A stretch of DNA of 64,000 nt from Octopus vulgaris (GCA_951406725.2 OX597826.1:46810001-46874000); one strand, 5' to 3'; shown: positions 1 to 13,709, counted from the stretch's first letter. The notes: a model not told the origin generated them from the sequence alone. Numbers and translations are program-made.

Positions 1-175
1 GTATAGGAGAAGTTATCTCATCAGATTTTCGGATGCAAACTCTGTCTCCGAACATCAGATGTACGCGCCAAGGAGATTTCAAATCATTTTGAGCAGTAAC
101 ATTCTTATTAGATACTTTTAACTGCAACCAAATATGTTGAATAATTTTTCATTTTGTTTGTTTACTCTACTGTAT

Positions 176-328
176 ACATACATACACACATCCATCCATC
201 CATCCATCTATCCATCCATCCATCCATCCATCCACCCATCCATCCATCCATCCATCCATCCATCCATCCATCCATACATACATACATACATACATACATA
301 CATACATACATACATACATACATACATA
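176..328. repeat. (CATC)n/(CATA)n microsatellite
   Basis: Direct tandem tetranucleotide runs; explains the ORFs at 134-396. Confidence 0.95.
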
Positions 329-557
329 CCTATTTCTTTATTACCCACAAGGGGCTAAACACAGAGGGGACAAACAAGGACAGACATAGGTATTAAGTCG
401 ATTACATCGACCCCAGTGCGTAACTGGTACTTAATTTATCGACCCCGAAAGGATGAAAGGCAAAGTCGACCTCGGCGGAATTTGAACTCACAACGTAACG
501 CAGACGAAATACCGCTAAGCATTTCGCCCGGCGTGCTAACGTTTCTGCCAGCTCGCC
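329..557 (-). mobile_element. tRNA-derived SINE, family A (octopus OK/OR-like), near full length
   Basis: Minus strand reads ggcgagctggcagaaacgttagc...gagttcaaattcc (B box)...gcctttcatcctttcggggtcgataaattaagtaccag; more than 12 copies in the window. Confidence 0.85.
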
Positions 558-832
558 ATACATATATACCAGTATACCACTACACCACCATACCACACAA
601 CACACCACATCACAATACACCACCACACACACATCAGCACTGACCACTTCCCAGACCCACATTTTCGCACCTACACATACACACACGCACACGTCAAGAT
701 CACGAGCCCTTTTCCACACGGACATACACACTCTCTTATAAACACGCACCCGCACCTTCGTTTTGAGATCACCACCACTTTATTATCTCCCCTACTCCCT
801 AGCTCTCCTGTGTGACCATTCTGTCCGGCTTT

Positions 833-1026
833 CGCCATGATAGATTGCTAGCCACTACACATTCTTTATTTTCTCTCCTTGTTTTTTTCTGTGTCCCTTT
901 CTGTGGAAGAGCGTAGGCTCGAAACGTTAAAGACTTTTTCACTTCCTGAACGTTATACTAATACATCTATTTATTGTCTACACCGCCTATATCGCCTTTT
1001 GGTTCTTTTTTTGTGAATTCTCCCCT
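833..1026 (+). mobile_element. Short non-coding Penelope-like pLTR/retrozyme-type unit, family H1
   Basis: Homologous copies at 20446-20650 and 47128-47327; carries a hammerhead-like fold; ends in a microsatellite. Confidence 0.6.
897..932 (+). ncRNA. Minimal type I hammerhead-like motif, variant core CUGUGGA
   Basis: cttt-CTGTGGA-A-GAGC gtag GCTC-GAAA-CG-TT-aaag: stem I cttt/aaag, stem II GAGC/GCTC, palindromic ACGT stem III. Confidence 0.65.
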
Positions 1027-1906
1027 ACATACATACATACATACATACATACATACATACATACATACATACTAATAATAATAATTGGAACACTTGTGTG
1101 TGTGTATGTATATATCTTACTTTCTTGCACATTTCTCTCACACAAGCACATAGATTTAAACCAATGATAACTGGAGCACAGTCAGTCCGGATAAGCTTGG
1201 ATTTTCAGGAAACGATATCAGCCAGTTGAGTTGCACATTACAAATACAATCAGTAAGCGGAACAATAAAATTATGCAAGATTTTTGTCAGTTTTAAAATA
1301 TGATAATGTTTTCATTATCTACATTTCATCGATGGAGCTTTGTATCTTTGTTAGAATCCAGCTCCTTCACAGAAAGAATTTCAATTATTAAAAACAGACG
1401 AGAAACATACATACATACACACATACATACATACATAAATACATACATACACACACACACATACATACATACATGCATGCATACATACATGCATGCATAC
1501 ATACTACGTACGTACGTATATATACAATATTATACTCTGCGTTAGATTAAAATTTGGCGACGAGTAAAAATTCGGATAATAATAATTATAAGCTTTAAGC
1601 TCTTAAGCATTCATTATGTATTGGCTTAAGAAAATAGTCTAATATTGGAACATATAAGCCCTCACGGTTACTAATACTCAGCTCCCGTCGACTAATTTCG
1701 ATAGCCAAAACGCGACGAACGCTTATTACAATTTTAGCCCTAGCTAATTATAAAATTATAATACAGATAAACGCATGTTTATCTGTATTATAATGTGTGT
1801 GTGTGTGTGTGTGTGTGTTTCTACTCATAGCTTCTATGTGCTTGAGGGACATGCCTAAAAGCTACAAATAGAAAACAATGAACAGTTTGCTAATGTAAGA
1901 TATATT

Positions 1907-2068
1907 CTTTTTCTACTCTAGACACAAGACTCGAAATTTTGGGGAGAGGGGGCCAATCGTTTATATCGACTCCAATACACAACTGGTACTTTATTTATCG
2001 ATGCCGTTAGGATGAAAGGTAAAGTAGATCTCAGCGGAATTTGAACTCAGAACGTAAAGACAGACGAA
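1907..2068 (-). mobile_element. 5'-truncated family A SINE with 16-bp TSD
   Basis: taatgtaagatatatt at 1891-1906 and 2069-2084 flanks the SINE body. Confidence 0.85.
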
Positions 2069-2724
2069 TAATGTAAGATATATTACAGAGGGACTGATTG
2101 CCCACTTGCACACAGTAGACCGTTAGGCACGGCAGCTTGTTTGTTCGCTTCGTTACAATCCAAAATATGTTAACTGAAGAACTGTTTGGAAGACGGTCGC
2201 CGAAAATTATTTGTATATATATTGTATTTTAGAAATTACAAGACGGATGAGAAACAGAATTCAAAATAATTTACAGATTTATCTCTGAGATATTAATTAG
2301 GAATACAATTATATAATAATATGTGAATTTGACATTTAGCGATCAGGACTTTTAACAATTTTATAGTGAGAGATAAATTTTATCGCAAAAAAATAAATAA
2401 ATAAATGTTAACAATTATTTCAATAGTAAGACGAAAATTATGAAAAAATACTGAAAATGCGAGGAAGCTAAACAAAATACATGCATAATATAGAAAGTGT
2501 TTATTTGTATTAAGTTAAGAGCAATATAAACATAAACTGAATAAAACTTAGAAAATTCTCTCTGACACACACACACACATAATGTCATACATACACACAC
2601 ACCCAAGGATACACTAAAAAAAATGAGCAAAACTTATTCTTTGAAGGAAAAATTTTTTTTTTAATAGTTTGCAACTATGTATGTATGTATGTATGTATGT
2701 ATGTATGTATATATACACACACAT

Positions 2725-2763
<39 letters not shown>

Positions 2764-2789
2764 CATATATATATGTAAATATATATATG

Positions 2790-2868
<79 letters not shown>

Positions 2869-3424
2869 ATGTATATATATATACATATATATATATACAC
2901 ATATATATGTATATATACATATGAATATTATGGATGCACACATACAAACACATTTATACATTATATAGTATGATGTTTATATACACATATTTTGACCGGT
3001 TGCTTCATTTGGCTTATTTTTGACTCCAATCAAATAAAAACTATATATTTTAATATAAAAAAATGAAAATGCAAAATTACTCTAGTTGCGCGCATGCGTA
3101 AAGCCATTTGCTTCTTCTCCCCTCTTTCTGTTGTTCACTGTTATTTTCATTTCGATACATTCCAATGTTTGTGAGATTCGGTTTATTTATTTATTTAGTT
3201 ATTTATCAATTATTTATTTATTTATTTATCTATTTATTTATTGTTATATTTTATTGTGTTCTTTTATTGTATTTTATTCATGTACATGCATATATACACA
3301 CACACACACGCACATATATACATACACACACACATATATATATACACATATATTTACACATATATATACACACACACATATATATATATATATACACACA
3401 AACACATATATATATATATACACA

Positions 3425-3460
<36 letters not shown>

Positions 3461-3461
3461 C

Positions 3462-3500
<39 letters not shown>

Positions 3501-4307
3501 GCATAGATAAATAGGTAGATATGAATGTGCATTACTCGTTTTGATATAGCTCTAGAAATTATATGACTTCTTCACGGTGTAAATATTTTGTTTACTGCCA
3601 GCCAATGAAAATGATATTGGAGGTTGTGATACTGTCGTCTGCTTTGAAGTTTTGAAGAAAGAATTCAATTTCTCCGGGGCAATGTCGCGAGACGGGCAAT
3701 TATATACTCATAGTCTCTCACACACACAGACACGTACACACACACACACCTACACGCACACGAACACGTGAATAGGTATTTGTTGGTGAATGTATATTTA
3801 TGCACATATGAGCTTGCGCGTTCATCTTTGTTTATCTGTGACTGTATTCACAACGGACGTGTTCATAACGTACACACACACGTATACACACACACACACT
3901 CACATATACATACAAACAAACATACACACAAACACACATATAAATATAGATAGATAGCTAAATGATAGATGAGTAGAGATAGACAGACAGGTAGATAGAT
4001 AAATAGATACATATATATATATACTAATATAGACGTAAACGTGTATATATATATATGAAGTTAAATAATAAGGGTAGAAATTGATATTAATCAATTAAAA
4101 CCTGTGGCTTAGCATATTTTTAAAAATCCGAAGATTAAAAATTGTGATACATACAAAATTTAGAGGACTTACCATTAAAGTAGATAGCCTATAGGCTAAA
4201 CATAGACGTCAAATCGCCATTACCACGAAGAATGTGTTCTCAAGAAAAATCTCAGCAAAAAACCAAAATATTAAAATAAGCAAGATAAATGAAAATATAC
4301 GGAATAA

Positions 4308-4363
<56 letters not shown>

Positions 4364-4475
4364 ATCACGTGACCGACCAGGCTATCAGATGTTGCTACAC
4401 ATCGCTGGTCATAATGCGCTTCGCATTGTTTTAGCCTTCGAATGACGCCACCCCGCTGGCTAAGCGAGAAGGCCA

Positions 4476-4517
<42 letters not shown>

Positions 4518-4534
4518 AATGTATACATACATAT

Positions 4535-4609
<75 letters not shown>

Positions 4610-5314
4610 CATATATATATACATATATATATACCAATATGAATATATACACATAAAATATGATTATGTATACATGTGCAAGAGCAGGACGTTGGAGTTG
4701 TCTTCTGTGTACGTAATTGTGTTGCAATCCTGTCTCTTTTCTGTCTACAAATAGAATTTAGTGTTACTAGACTTAAGGTAATACGTTGAGATATGCTCGC
4801 ACAAAATTTCATACTCGTAATAAAGACAGAAGTGACTATCACATATGACTTTACTACTGCAGATATTCCTTATAAGGAAGAGAATAAAGAACGGAATTAC
4901 GAGCAAGTTTCCGAAGCAAAGCATCGTCCAGTTGTTAGATGTTGATAGTCGAAGGCAGACAAGAGTGACCTATCTATCTGTCTGTCTGTCTGTCAGCTTT
5001 TTTCTGTGTGTATGTATATATACATAAAACAGACACAAGACAAGCACAGTAATGTGTGTGTATGTGTATGTGCGTGCATCTGCGCGCATCTGTATATATA
5101 TATATATATATATATGCAGAAAATATCGATAAGCAAAAGTGGGCCTAAGACGTGTATTCAAATGGAAAGTTGCAAAAACAAATAAATGCATGGATGATGT
5201 AAAGAAGTTTTATCTTTACAGCTGTTTCGGGTTCTTAATGACTGGTGTCATAACCCTGTGTAGTATGTAATATATATGTATATATATATATAAATATATA
5301 TACTCTTACTCTCT

Positions 5315-5347
<33 letters not shown>

Positions 5348-5355
5348 TGAGGCAC

Positions 5356-5417
<62 letters not shown>

Positions 5418-5810
5418 GTGTGTGTGAGTGTATGCATATGCGTGTACCAGTGCATGTGTGTGTGGGTGTGTGTGTGTGTGTGTATGTATGTGTGTAAATT
5501 ATTTTAGAAATAGACCTCATTCCTTTTGTCTTTTTCTTCTTTTTCTTCTTTACCGCTACTGCAACCGTTGCTAGTTGATAACTTCGTGTTCGTTTTACAC
5601 AGATTTCCCCTTCCTTTGCTTTTACGCATGTTCTAGTCTTACTGCTGTTACTTTGTAGTAGTTCTCTATTTAAACGTACTTATGTCTAACATTTGCTGTG
5701 GTGTTCAGCAAATCCAGAGAATCGAAAGTGACGAACGTAGAGCATATCTGGTGAAAGAGTTTCAACGAGGAAATATCAACAGAATCTATCAGATATTGAT
5801 AAATATTATT

Positions 5811-6410
5811 AAGGCGGCGATCTGGCAGAAACGTTAGCACTCCGGGCGAAATGCTTAGCGGTATTTCGTCTGCCGCTACGTTCTGAGTTCAAGTTCCACC
5901 GAGGTCGACTTTGCCTTTCATCCTTCCGGGGTCTATTAAATAAGTAGCAGTTACGCACTGGGGTCGATATAATCGACTTAATCCGTTTGTCTGTCTTTGT
6001 TTGTCCTCTCTGTGTTTAGCCCCTTGTGGGTCGTAAAGAAATAGGTATTTCGTCTGCCGATAAGTTCTCAGTTCAAATTCCGCCGAGATCGATTTTGCCT
6101 TTCATCCTTTTTGAGTCTACGAAATAAATACCATTTACACACTGGGGTCGTTGTAATCAACACAACCCCTTCCCCAAATATGAGGCCTTGTGCTTCCAGT
6201 AGAAAGAATTATAAATGTGGTAAGCAAGCAGAATCGTTAGCGTGCCGGGAAAACTGCTGAGTGGCTTTTCATCCGTCTTGACGTTCTGAGCTCAAATTCC
6301 GCCGAAGTCGACTTTGCTTTTCATCATTTGAGGGTCGATGTAGTCGAATAGCCATCTTCCTGCAAAATTTCAGGCCTTGTGCCCATAGTAAAAAGAGTGA
6401 GTAATAATCA
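5811..6410 (+). mobile_element. Cluster of family A SINEs (dimeric copy plus a further diverged copy)
   Basis: Head aaggcggcgatctggcag at 5811; body restarts at about 6044; third head at about 6215. Confidence 0.8.
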
Positions 6411-6729
6411 TTATTAACCTTTGCTATTCTTAAATTAGATACGAAGGTCAAGAAATTCGAAATAATTCGAAGAGGTAAACGTTTTGTATTTTTTGCGAAT
6501 TGAGTTTCACTGAAGAAACAGGTTTAAACATCATAGCAAACTCGTCAGAGATTTTGCAGTTAATTATTTTAACGATTGCTAACGAAGCGGATGAAACAGC
6601 ATCCATATGCTTTTGCTGTATGGGTATGTGAGTGTTGTGTGTGTGTGTGTGTGTGTGTGTGTAATGGGGGAAGGCGATGTGTGTGCACTTGTATAATTAA
6701 TATACGTAAGCAAGAGACACGCACACTCA

Positions 6730-6794
<65 letters not shown>

Positions 6795-6818
6795 ATATAC
6801 ATATGTATGTACAACCAC

Positions 6819-7060
6819 GGAGGCGCGGGGCTTAGTGTTTAGGGTGTGGAACTCATGATCGTAAGGTTGTGGTTTCGATTCCTGGACCGGGCGACGCGTT
6901 GTGTTCTTGACACTTCATTTCACGTTGCTCCAGTCTACTCACCTGTCAAAAGTGAATAATCCTGCGATGGACCGGCGTCCCGTCCAGGTGGGGAATTTCT
7001 ACGCCATGGAAACCGTGAAACCGGTCCTTATGAGCCTGGCATGGCTCGAAAAGGAACATT
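6819..7060 (+). mobile_element. tRNA-derived SINE, family D
   Basis: ggaggcgcggggcttagtg...ggtttcgattcc head, then cctgcgatggaccggcgtcccgtcc; other copies at about 16123-16316, 26270-26460, 33782-34025 and 48585-48725. Confidence 0.8.
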
Positions 7061-7869
7061 TATTTATGTACACTCACATATTTGTATATGCATACACACA
7101 TGCGCGTATAAACACGCTGGTTTAGAAATGTACGTACATAGTTCTACATACATGAAAGTACTTAAGCATAAATCGAGCACATATGCACATTTACTACACA
7201 CGTGTATATGTATATATATATGTGTTTGTGTGTGCATGTGTATATGTGTGTGTTTGTGTCCGTGCGCATGTGAATGCCTAAAACACTTTTAAACATATAT
7301 ATTCAGTATTAGTTTTACGGAATACCCTATGTCTCGTTTATTCCTTTCACATTATTATAGACAAATACACACGCATGCGCACGCGCACACGCGAACACAC
7401 ACACACACGCACAAACACTCACATCCCACACACAAACACACAAGCACATCTGAAAACAAATGCTTCATTCTTTTTTTGTAATGAATATTCTTGAAGATTT
7501 GTCAACAGTCTGAGTCTCATAAGAAGCTTGCATACCGTTGTTATTGCTTTGCTTTGCTTTTATTGTTGCTGTTGTTGTTGTTTAACTTGTAGATGTCTCT
7601 TATCGGGTGTACCTCGGGTGAAAGTCATTGATATCATAATCATCTTATCTTTTTTTTTTTCAAGAACGCTGTATGAAGTGTCATTGTTTATGCCTGTATG
7701 GTGTGTTGAAGTAGTTGGGACTGCTATTTCTAGCATGTCGAGTAACCATATGTTGTTGGTTTACGTCATCTTCATTTATTTCTGCAGTGGTAGGATATAC
7801 ATCATAGGCAGAATATTTGCAAGCGGCTTTTGCTGGCAAAAATGTATTTGTGTTACTTAATACAAATAC

Positions 7870-8270
7870 GTGGAGGCGCAATGGCTCAGTGGTTAGGGCA
7901 GCACACTCACGGTCAGAGGATCGCGGTTTCGATTCCCAGACCAGGCGTTGTGTGTGTTTATTGAACGAAAACACCTAAAGCTCCACGAAAACACCTAAAG
8001 CTGTTGTACTCTTTCGCCACAACTTTCTCTCACTCTTTCTTCCTGTTTCTTGAGTAACGCTGCGGTGGACTGGGTTCCGTTAGGCTTTCTACGCCCTAGA
8101 CACGCTACATGGCTGCAGCTCATCAACGACCACCAAGGTGTTAAGGAACTTGACTATCATCACGCGACTCTGTGGAATGCTCAACAATTTGCTCGTTAAT
8201 TTCACGAGCAGGCTGTTCCGTTGATCGAGGCGACTGAACGGAACACCAAAACGTAACCGACGGAACGCCA
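7870..8270 (+). mobile_element. tRNA-derived SINE, family C
   Basis: A box tggctcagtgg and B box ggtttcgattcc; homologous to the minus-strand copy at 44705-45052. Confidence 0.8.
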
Positions 8271-8616
8271 AAAATTATTAGTATTCTTCTTCGTTTAACG
8301 TATTCTTTTTCTTAAGAACTATTGGTTCAAGGGATAAGAATTAAAATAAAAATGGTTGTGGGGTTCACGTGGTTTCGAGTTCAGACCTTCTGTGTGGAAT
8401 TTTGAGCAAGTGTTCTCTACTATAACTCCGGTTCAATCAATGCCTTGTGAGTGAATTTCACAGACGAAAATTGCGTGGAAGCCCGTCATTTTTATACACA
8501 CATACACACATGCGTATATTAGTTGAAGGTAGTGACACCGTATTCGTATTGCAACCATAATATACTACCTAGTATACATACATATATATGTGTGTGTTTA
8601 TGTGTGTGCGCGCGTG

Positions 8617-8650
<34 letters not shown>

Positions 8651-8739
8651 TGTATGTATGTATGTATGTATGTATGTACGTTTAAATATTTGGCTAAACT
8701 GGCAATATGACCATTCCGAAATATAACAATAAATGTATG

Positions 8740-8784
<45 letters not shown>

Positions 8785-9381
8785 GTTGTCAAGCGATGCC
8801 TTTGTGTTTCTCCCCCAATTACCGCTTGACAGTTGATGTTGGTTTGCTTACGTCCCGTAATATAGCTGTTCATCGAAAAAGCGAGCAATAGATTAAGCAT
8901 GGGAGATTGATTTATTTGACTACAGTCTTCAAGGCGTTGCTCCAGCGTGGTCTCAGTCCAATAACTGAAGCAAGTAAAAGATAAAAGATATATATTCATC
9001 ATGATAAAGTATTCTGGGTATATACGACGCCGTCTACGAACTACAATTCGTTGACACTTAACTGAAATTTCTGTTTGTTTTACAGATGGTTGATCCAGGG
9101 TTAATTAGTTACTCGTTGATGAAACCGCGGGGCCTACTGATTAGAATTTTTCGTCTTTGACCTCAAAGTCGTAGATTCACTTTCTCGACCTGACAGCACT
9201 TTGTCCCCTTAATCAAGTCACTTCATCTCACGTTGCTACAGTCTGCTGAGCTCTCGGGAGTATCATTCAGAGCGCAGGTGAAACCCTCTCCTCCTGTAGC
9301 ACTCACATTCCGGATGTTTCCCTGGATCAATGCTGAGAGCACCGGTTTTTTTTTTACCGAAAAGGCTTCTATCGTTTTTAA

Positions 9382-9761
9382 GTGCGTAGTGCCCACAAAA
9401 TCGACCAAAATCGGTCCAGAAAGGGAAAGATGGGCGTAGGAGTTCAAAAGAAAAGCACTTTTCGAGAAAAATTGTTTTTTGTTAAAAAGATACTTCAGAC
9501 CATCTCCACTGTGAAAAAAAATCTGAAAAATCCCCCTCAAAACGGAGAAACTCCAACGTGGTGCTTCTTAACTCCGACGTCCTTCAAAATGTGTGGAATA
9601 TAAAAAATTTTTTAGAATAGGAGATATAAATCCAGTTATACAAAAATGCCCCATTCCATTTATATGATCTTAATAAAGGTTCTGGGGAAAAATTTTCACT
9701 CAAATCAACAACTGAAACTGAAAAAACGAAAAACTGTGTGGGTTCGTGTCTACATAGGCAC
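9382..9761. mobile_element. Probable non-autonomous DNA transposon flanked by TTAA
   Basis: TTAA at 9378-81 and 9762-65; imperfect terminal inverted repeats GTGCGTA../GTGCCTA.. Confidence 0.4.
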
Positions 9762-10519
9762 TTAAAGCAATTAACACGAGTATAGCACCTGTTACTAATC
9801 ATACTCTCTTGTGAGTGACGGCTGACTGTACTTTAGTAGATTATCCCAATATTTCACAAGTTTTCAAGCAGCTAGTCTAAGATTAAATCATGAAAATTTA
9901 TCATTAAACACATACATACACACACGCGCACGCACACCACACACGCACACCTCCGCGCACGCGCACACGAGTCCTCTAAGCGCGTGAAGATAAAGAAATC
10001 CATCCAAGCAAAACACTTTGTTCCAAAATCTTGCTAAAACTCATTTCTTCCAATTAGCCCCTATAAAAGTATCATCCATCCACATAAAAAATTTTCAATC
10101 AGTAGCATAATCGATCATTTGACTGAAAATAAAAGAGATATTTTTTTTTTTGATAAAAGATTTTTGAAGCCGTTAAATGTAACTCTCCACCCCCATTTCC
10201 CTCCGTCTCACTAACTCTCTCTCTCTCCCTTTATCACTCTCGTTCCCCCTCTCTCTCTCTCTCTCTCTCTCTCTTTCACTTTCTTTCTCATTCCTACGTG
10301 CTTCCAGAGATGAAAAAAGTTGATGAAGTACAACAGAACTTTCCAAGAATAGTTATAGTGTTTCATTGATATATTGGTATAAAACATTTTAATTATTGAG
10401 TTTGAAAGTACAGCAGTAGAGTTTATTGCGATGTTATGAAGATAAAAAATATATTAAAACTGAAGCGAAATAAGATAAATATCCTAGACGACATTTGATG
10501 TTTTATTTCGTAATTTCAT

Positions 10520-10579
<60 letters not shown>

Positions 10580-10895
10580 TGTGTGTGTATACATATATAC
10601 ATACACAAACATATATACATATATGTGTGTATGTGTATACGTGTATAAATATATATATTATATATGAGTATGTATATATATTATATATACATGTATGTAT
10701 ATATATATATATGTGTGTGTGCGTGTGTGTGTGTACAGTGTTTATTTTAAACCATTTCATATATTTAATATTTTCATTGTACATAATTATACATACAGAC
10801 ATACACGCACATATATATATCTATGAGTCTATGTCTTTGTATGTATGCATGTATATATAAATACGTACATACACACACACACTCACACAGATATA

Positions 10896-10949
<54 letters not shown>

Positions 10950-11599
10950 TAAACGTACATTTATATATGTACATTTGTATATATACATACAGATAGATAT
11001 ATTTGAATATATGCCTGTGTATGCTAGTGTTTACGAGTGTGTATATATGTATATATGTGCTTTTATTTGTCCATATGTATGTGTGCGTAGGTGTGTTATG
11101 GATTGTATGGAAATGAAAAATAATAAAAAAAAAATTTTACTTTCAAGGGAAGTAGGAAGATAAATATTTGATTGTCTCTAATTTGATAGAACAAATTAAA
11201 GTTATTGACAAATTATAAAATGTTAATGGCTTATTAATGAAATAGCACATCACATACTTGATATCCACTTCAACTCGTTCTGTTTTGTAATATATTTTTA
11301 TTTTTATTTTTATAATTTCGTTAGAAAATTTTTTACTCTTTATAATGGAATTTTGTTGTCTTCAGTTCGATATTCTAGCAGGGTCAAGTCAATGATTATC
11401 TTGTGACCTCTAACATCCTACCATACAAAAGTTCTTCGCGTACTATCGTACAAAGGACGAACTCAAACAAACATAGGAAGCTTTATTCAAATCAGGACCT
11501 GTTGTCATAAAAGTAACATCGGCAACAGCACAAAAACAAAAATGAAAGACATTGGATAATGTACTCTTAGATACCCTGTGCTTCAAAATTAAGATTGAT

Positions 11600-12905
11600 T
11601 AGTCTTTGAACACGTCCTGCAGAGTACTTGGTGGCACTTTTCTGCAGGTTTATAATACGTGTATTAGTTCCATTATCCATCAACCTATTAAGTAGCAGTT
11701 TGGGTTAAGTACCAAGTACATCAATTACTACGGGAATAATTATTGTCTTAGTCTTCCAGTCTCTTAAGCTCCTTCTGGCTACATCTTAATTTTCCTCAAT
11801 ATTTTCTCAATTTCTTTGGTACCCACTTAAATGTCATAGAGTATTACAAAGTCTCACATCTCATTTTTTCTTTTTTGCTTTTTATCCTCTACAATCATAT
11901 CTAGTCTTCTTGCTTCAATTGTATATTCTGTCTTTGTGGCCAAATCCTATAAAATTCTGCTATTACCACACACCATCACTTTTCCGACATTTTGAATTCA
12001 CATACTCGGCTAACATCCCAACGTAACGACACATTCATGTCTGCACTTATACTCTTTTCGTGCTAGCTTACTGCATTTAGTTAGGAGATGAATAATATTT
12101 TCATTTCCTTTTCCATGACTTCTGAGTTTCTCTGACCGAATTTTATCAATTTCTCGCTTTCGTTCCAATTGCTTCTTCCTGTGCGATTATAATTATCAAT
12201 TCAGTATTTTGTTTCGGGTTTCCATCTGTCAGTGAGCCACAACTAACATTTTTTGCTTCCGGCTTCCTCAGTTTGTCGCATATAATCTTCCTCTTTCCAA
12301 TTATTTGTCCTGTCGTTCTTCCTTTAGTTCTTGAATTGCCTTACTTTTACAAAGACTTTTTGGATATTTCTGTCCACCGACCGTTTTCTTTATTCAGTAC
12401 GCAAAATATAATTTTTCAAACCCAGTATCCATTAGTAGATTGAATCTTCTGCGTTTAAGAAAATTTTGTCTATTTTTTGTTGATAAGCAGAGCCTTTCGC
12501 TATTACTTCTAGGTTAGTGCGTGTCATGTTTTGCGAGCAGATTCCTAGTTGTCACATCTAAATTCTGAAGCTTTGTCCCTTTTGGAAAAGGAGTATAATA
12601 TCTCAACACTGCTATATCTTATTTATTGATTGCTTTTATAGGTTTCCCTCAATTTAGTTTTCTTTCAAAGACCTTTTAAGTCCCGCCATTGTACACTTTG
12701 GAGAATTTTTTCTCATTTCTCCTCCCCTTATTTCATCGTCATGTAGCACCCATAGCCATATGTATATCCCATCATTTCTCACCCATCTAATATCACCTTC
12801 GTTTATCTTATACCATCAGATTTAATCTTCCAGCCTCTCTTCACAATTAAACCTCATAACTATTTATCTCCAACCGCATTTCAATGTCCTTATTATTTGG
12901 ATAAG
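11600..12905 (-). mobile_element. Decayed non-LTR retrotransposon with restriction-like endonuclease (R4/Dong-like), 3' part
   Basis: Manual translation with stops and frameshifts gives IKAINK..IAVLRY, LDVTTRNLL, IIIAQEEAI, GKGNENIIHLLTKCSKLARKEYKCRH (decayed CCHC plus RH), IEARRLDMIVEDK (RPD motif) and IIIPVVIDVLG. Confidence 0.8.
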
Positions 12906-13708
12906 GTCTAAAGCCAGCTAGAGACGAAGATCTCTTGGGGCTATAAAGCTACAGTAACACCCCCTCCCCAATGTGGTTAGCTATGATAAGATGGCTTCTA
13001 TACTTTACAGAATCCAATTGTTTTCCATTTATTGTGAACGGTTGGAGGCCATACGTATGAACAGGTGATTTATTTTCATCTTGGTTTCGGTAAACTCATA
13101 GGAAGGCGTGAATTTTCTCAATATGCCTTGTCAGAGGGGTTAATACAAAGAAGAAAAGTAGAGAAATATCTCTTAAAGATTTTCACATTGCCTAGTCATT
13201 TACTGTCTCTGAAATGTCAAGCGGAAGCAGCAAATGCTTGCATCACCTCGGTAGTATCCTACCACCAAGCCGTCTTACCTGGTCCCAAGAAAACTCTGGC
13301 CTGACTGGAGCGATTGCTTTTTCGATTCTTATAAAAGGATTAAGTTCCGCTGGTCACAAAATCTTTCTGCTGTCAGCATCGCTCCCGCGGTGGTCTTGGA
13401 ATACCGCCTTGATCATAAGTCACCGACACACTTGCAGAAATATCTAAATCACTGCAATAGTATGAACGACAGCAACGAAAACAAAGGTGAACTGTGGTAT
13501 TGTTCTTCGTGCAACAAAACTTTCCACAGCTTGTCTCACTGACCGAGCAGCTGGCATGGCTCATATATAGCCCAGGATTAGGCCTTTGATATCTAGGTTT
13601 CTACAGGGGGTTAATTGAAGGGTTAACACCCCCACTCCTTTGTATGTTGTATCACGTCTTTTCATATTGTCTTCCATGTTTTGGGCTCTTGTGGCTAATG
13701 AAAGAAAT

Positions 13709-13709
<1 letters not shown>

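Noticed and set aside
1-30. CTGATGA on the minus strand at 18-24
   Set aside because: The rest of any hammerhead would lie outside the window and cannot be evaluated
4357-4475. ggccttc/gaaggct pairing resembling HDV ribozyme P1
   Set aside because: No P3, P1.1 or J4/2 in the required order; more likely a SINE tail fragment
9223-9540. 105-aa minus-strand ORF
   Set aside because: It spans a SINE remnant and the TTAA-flanked element and has no recognisable motif
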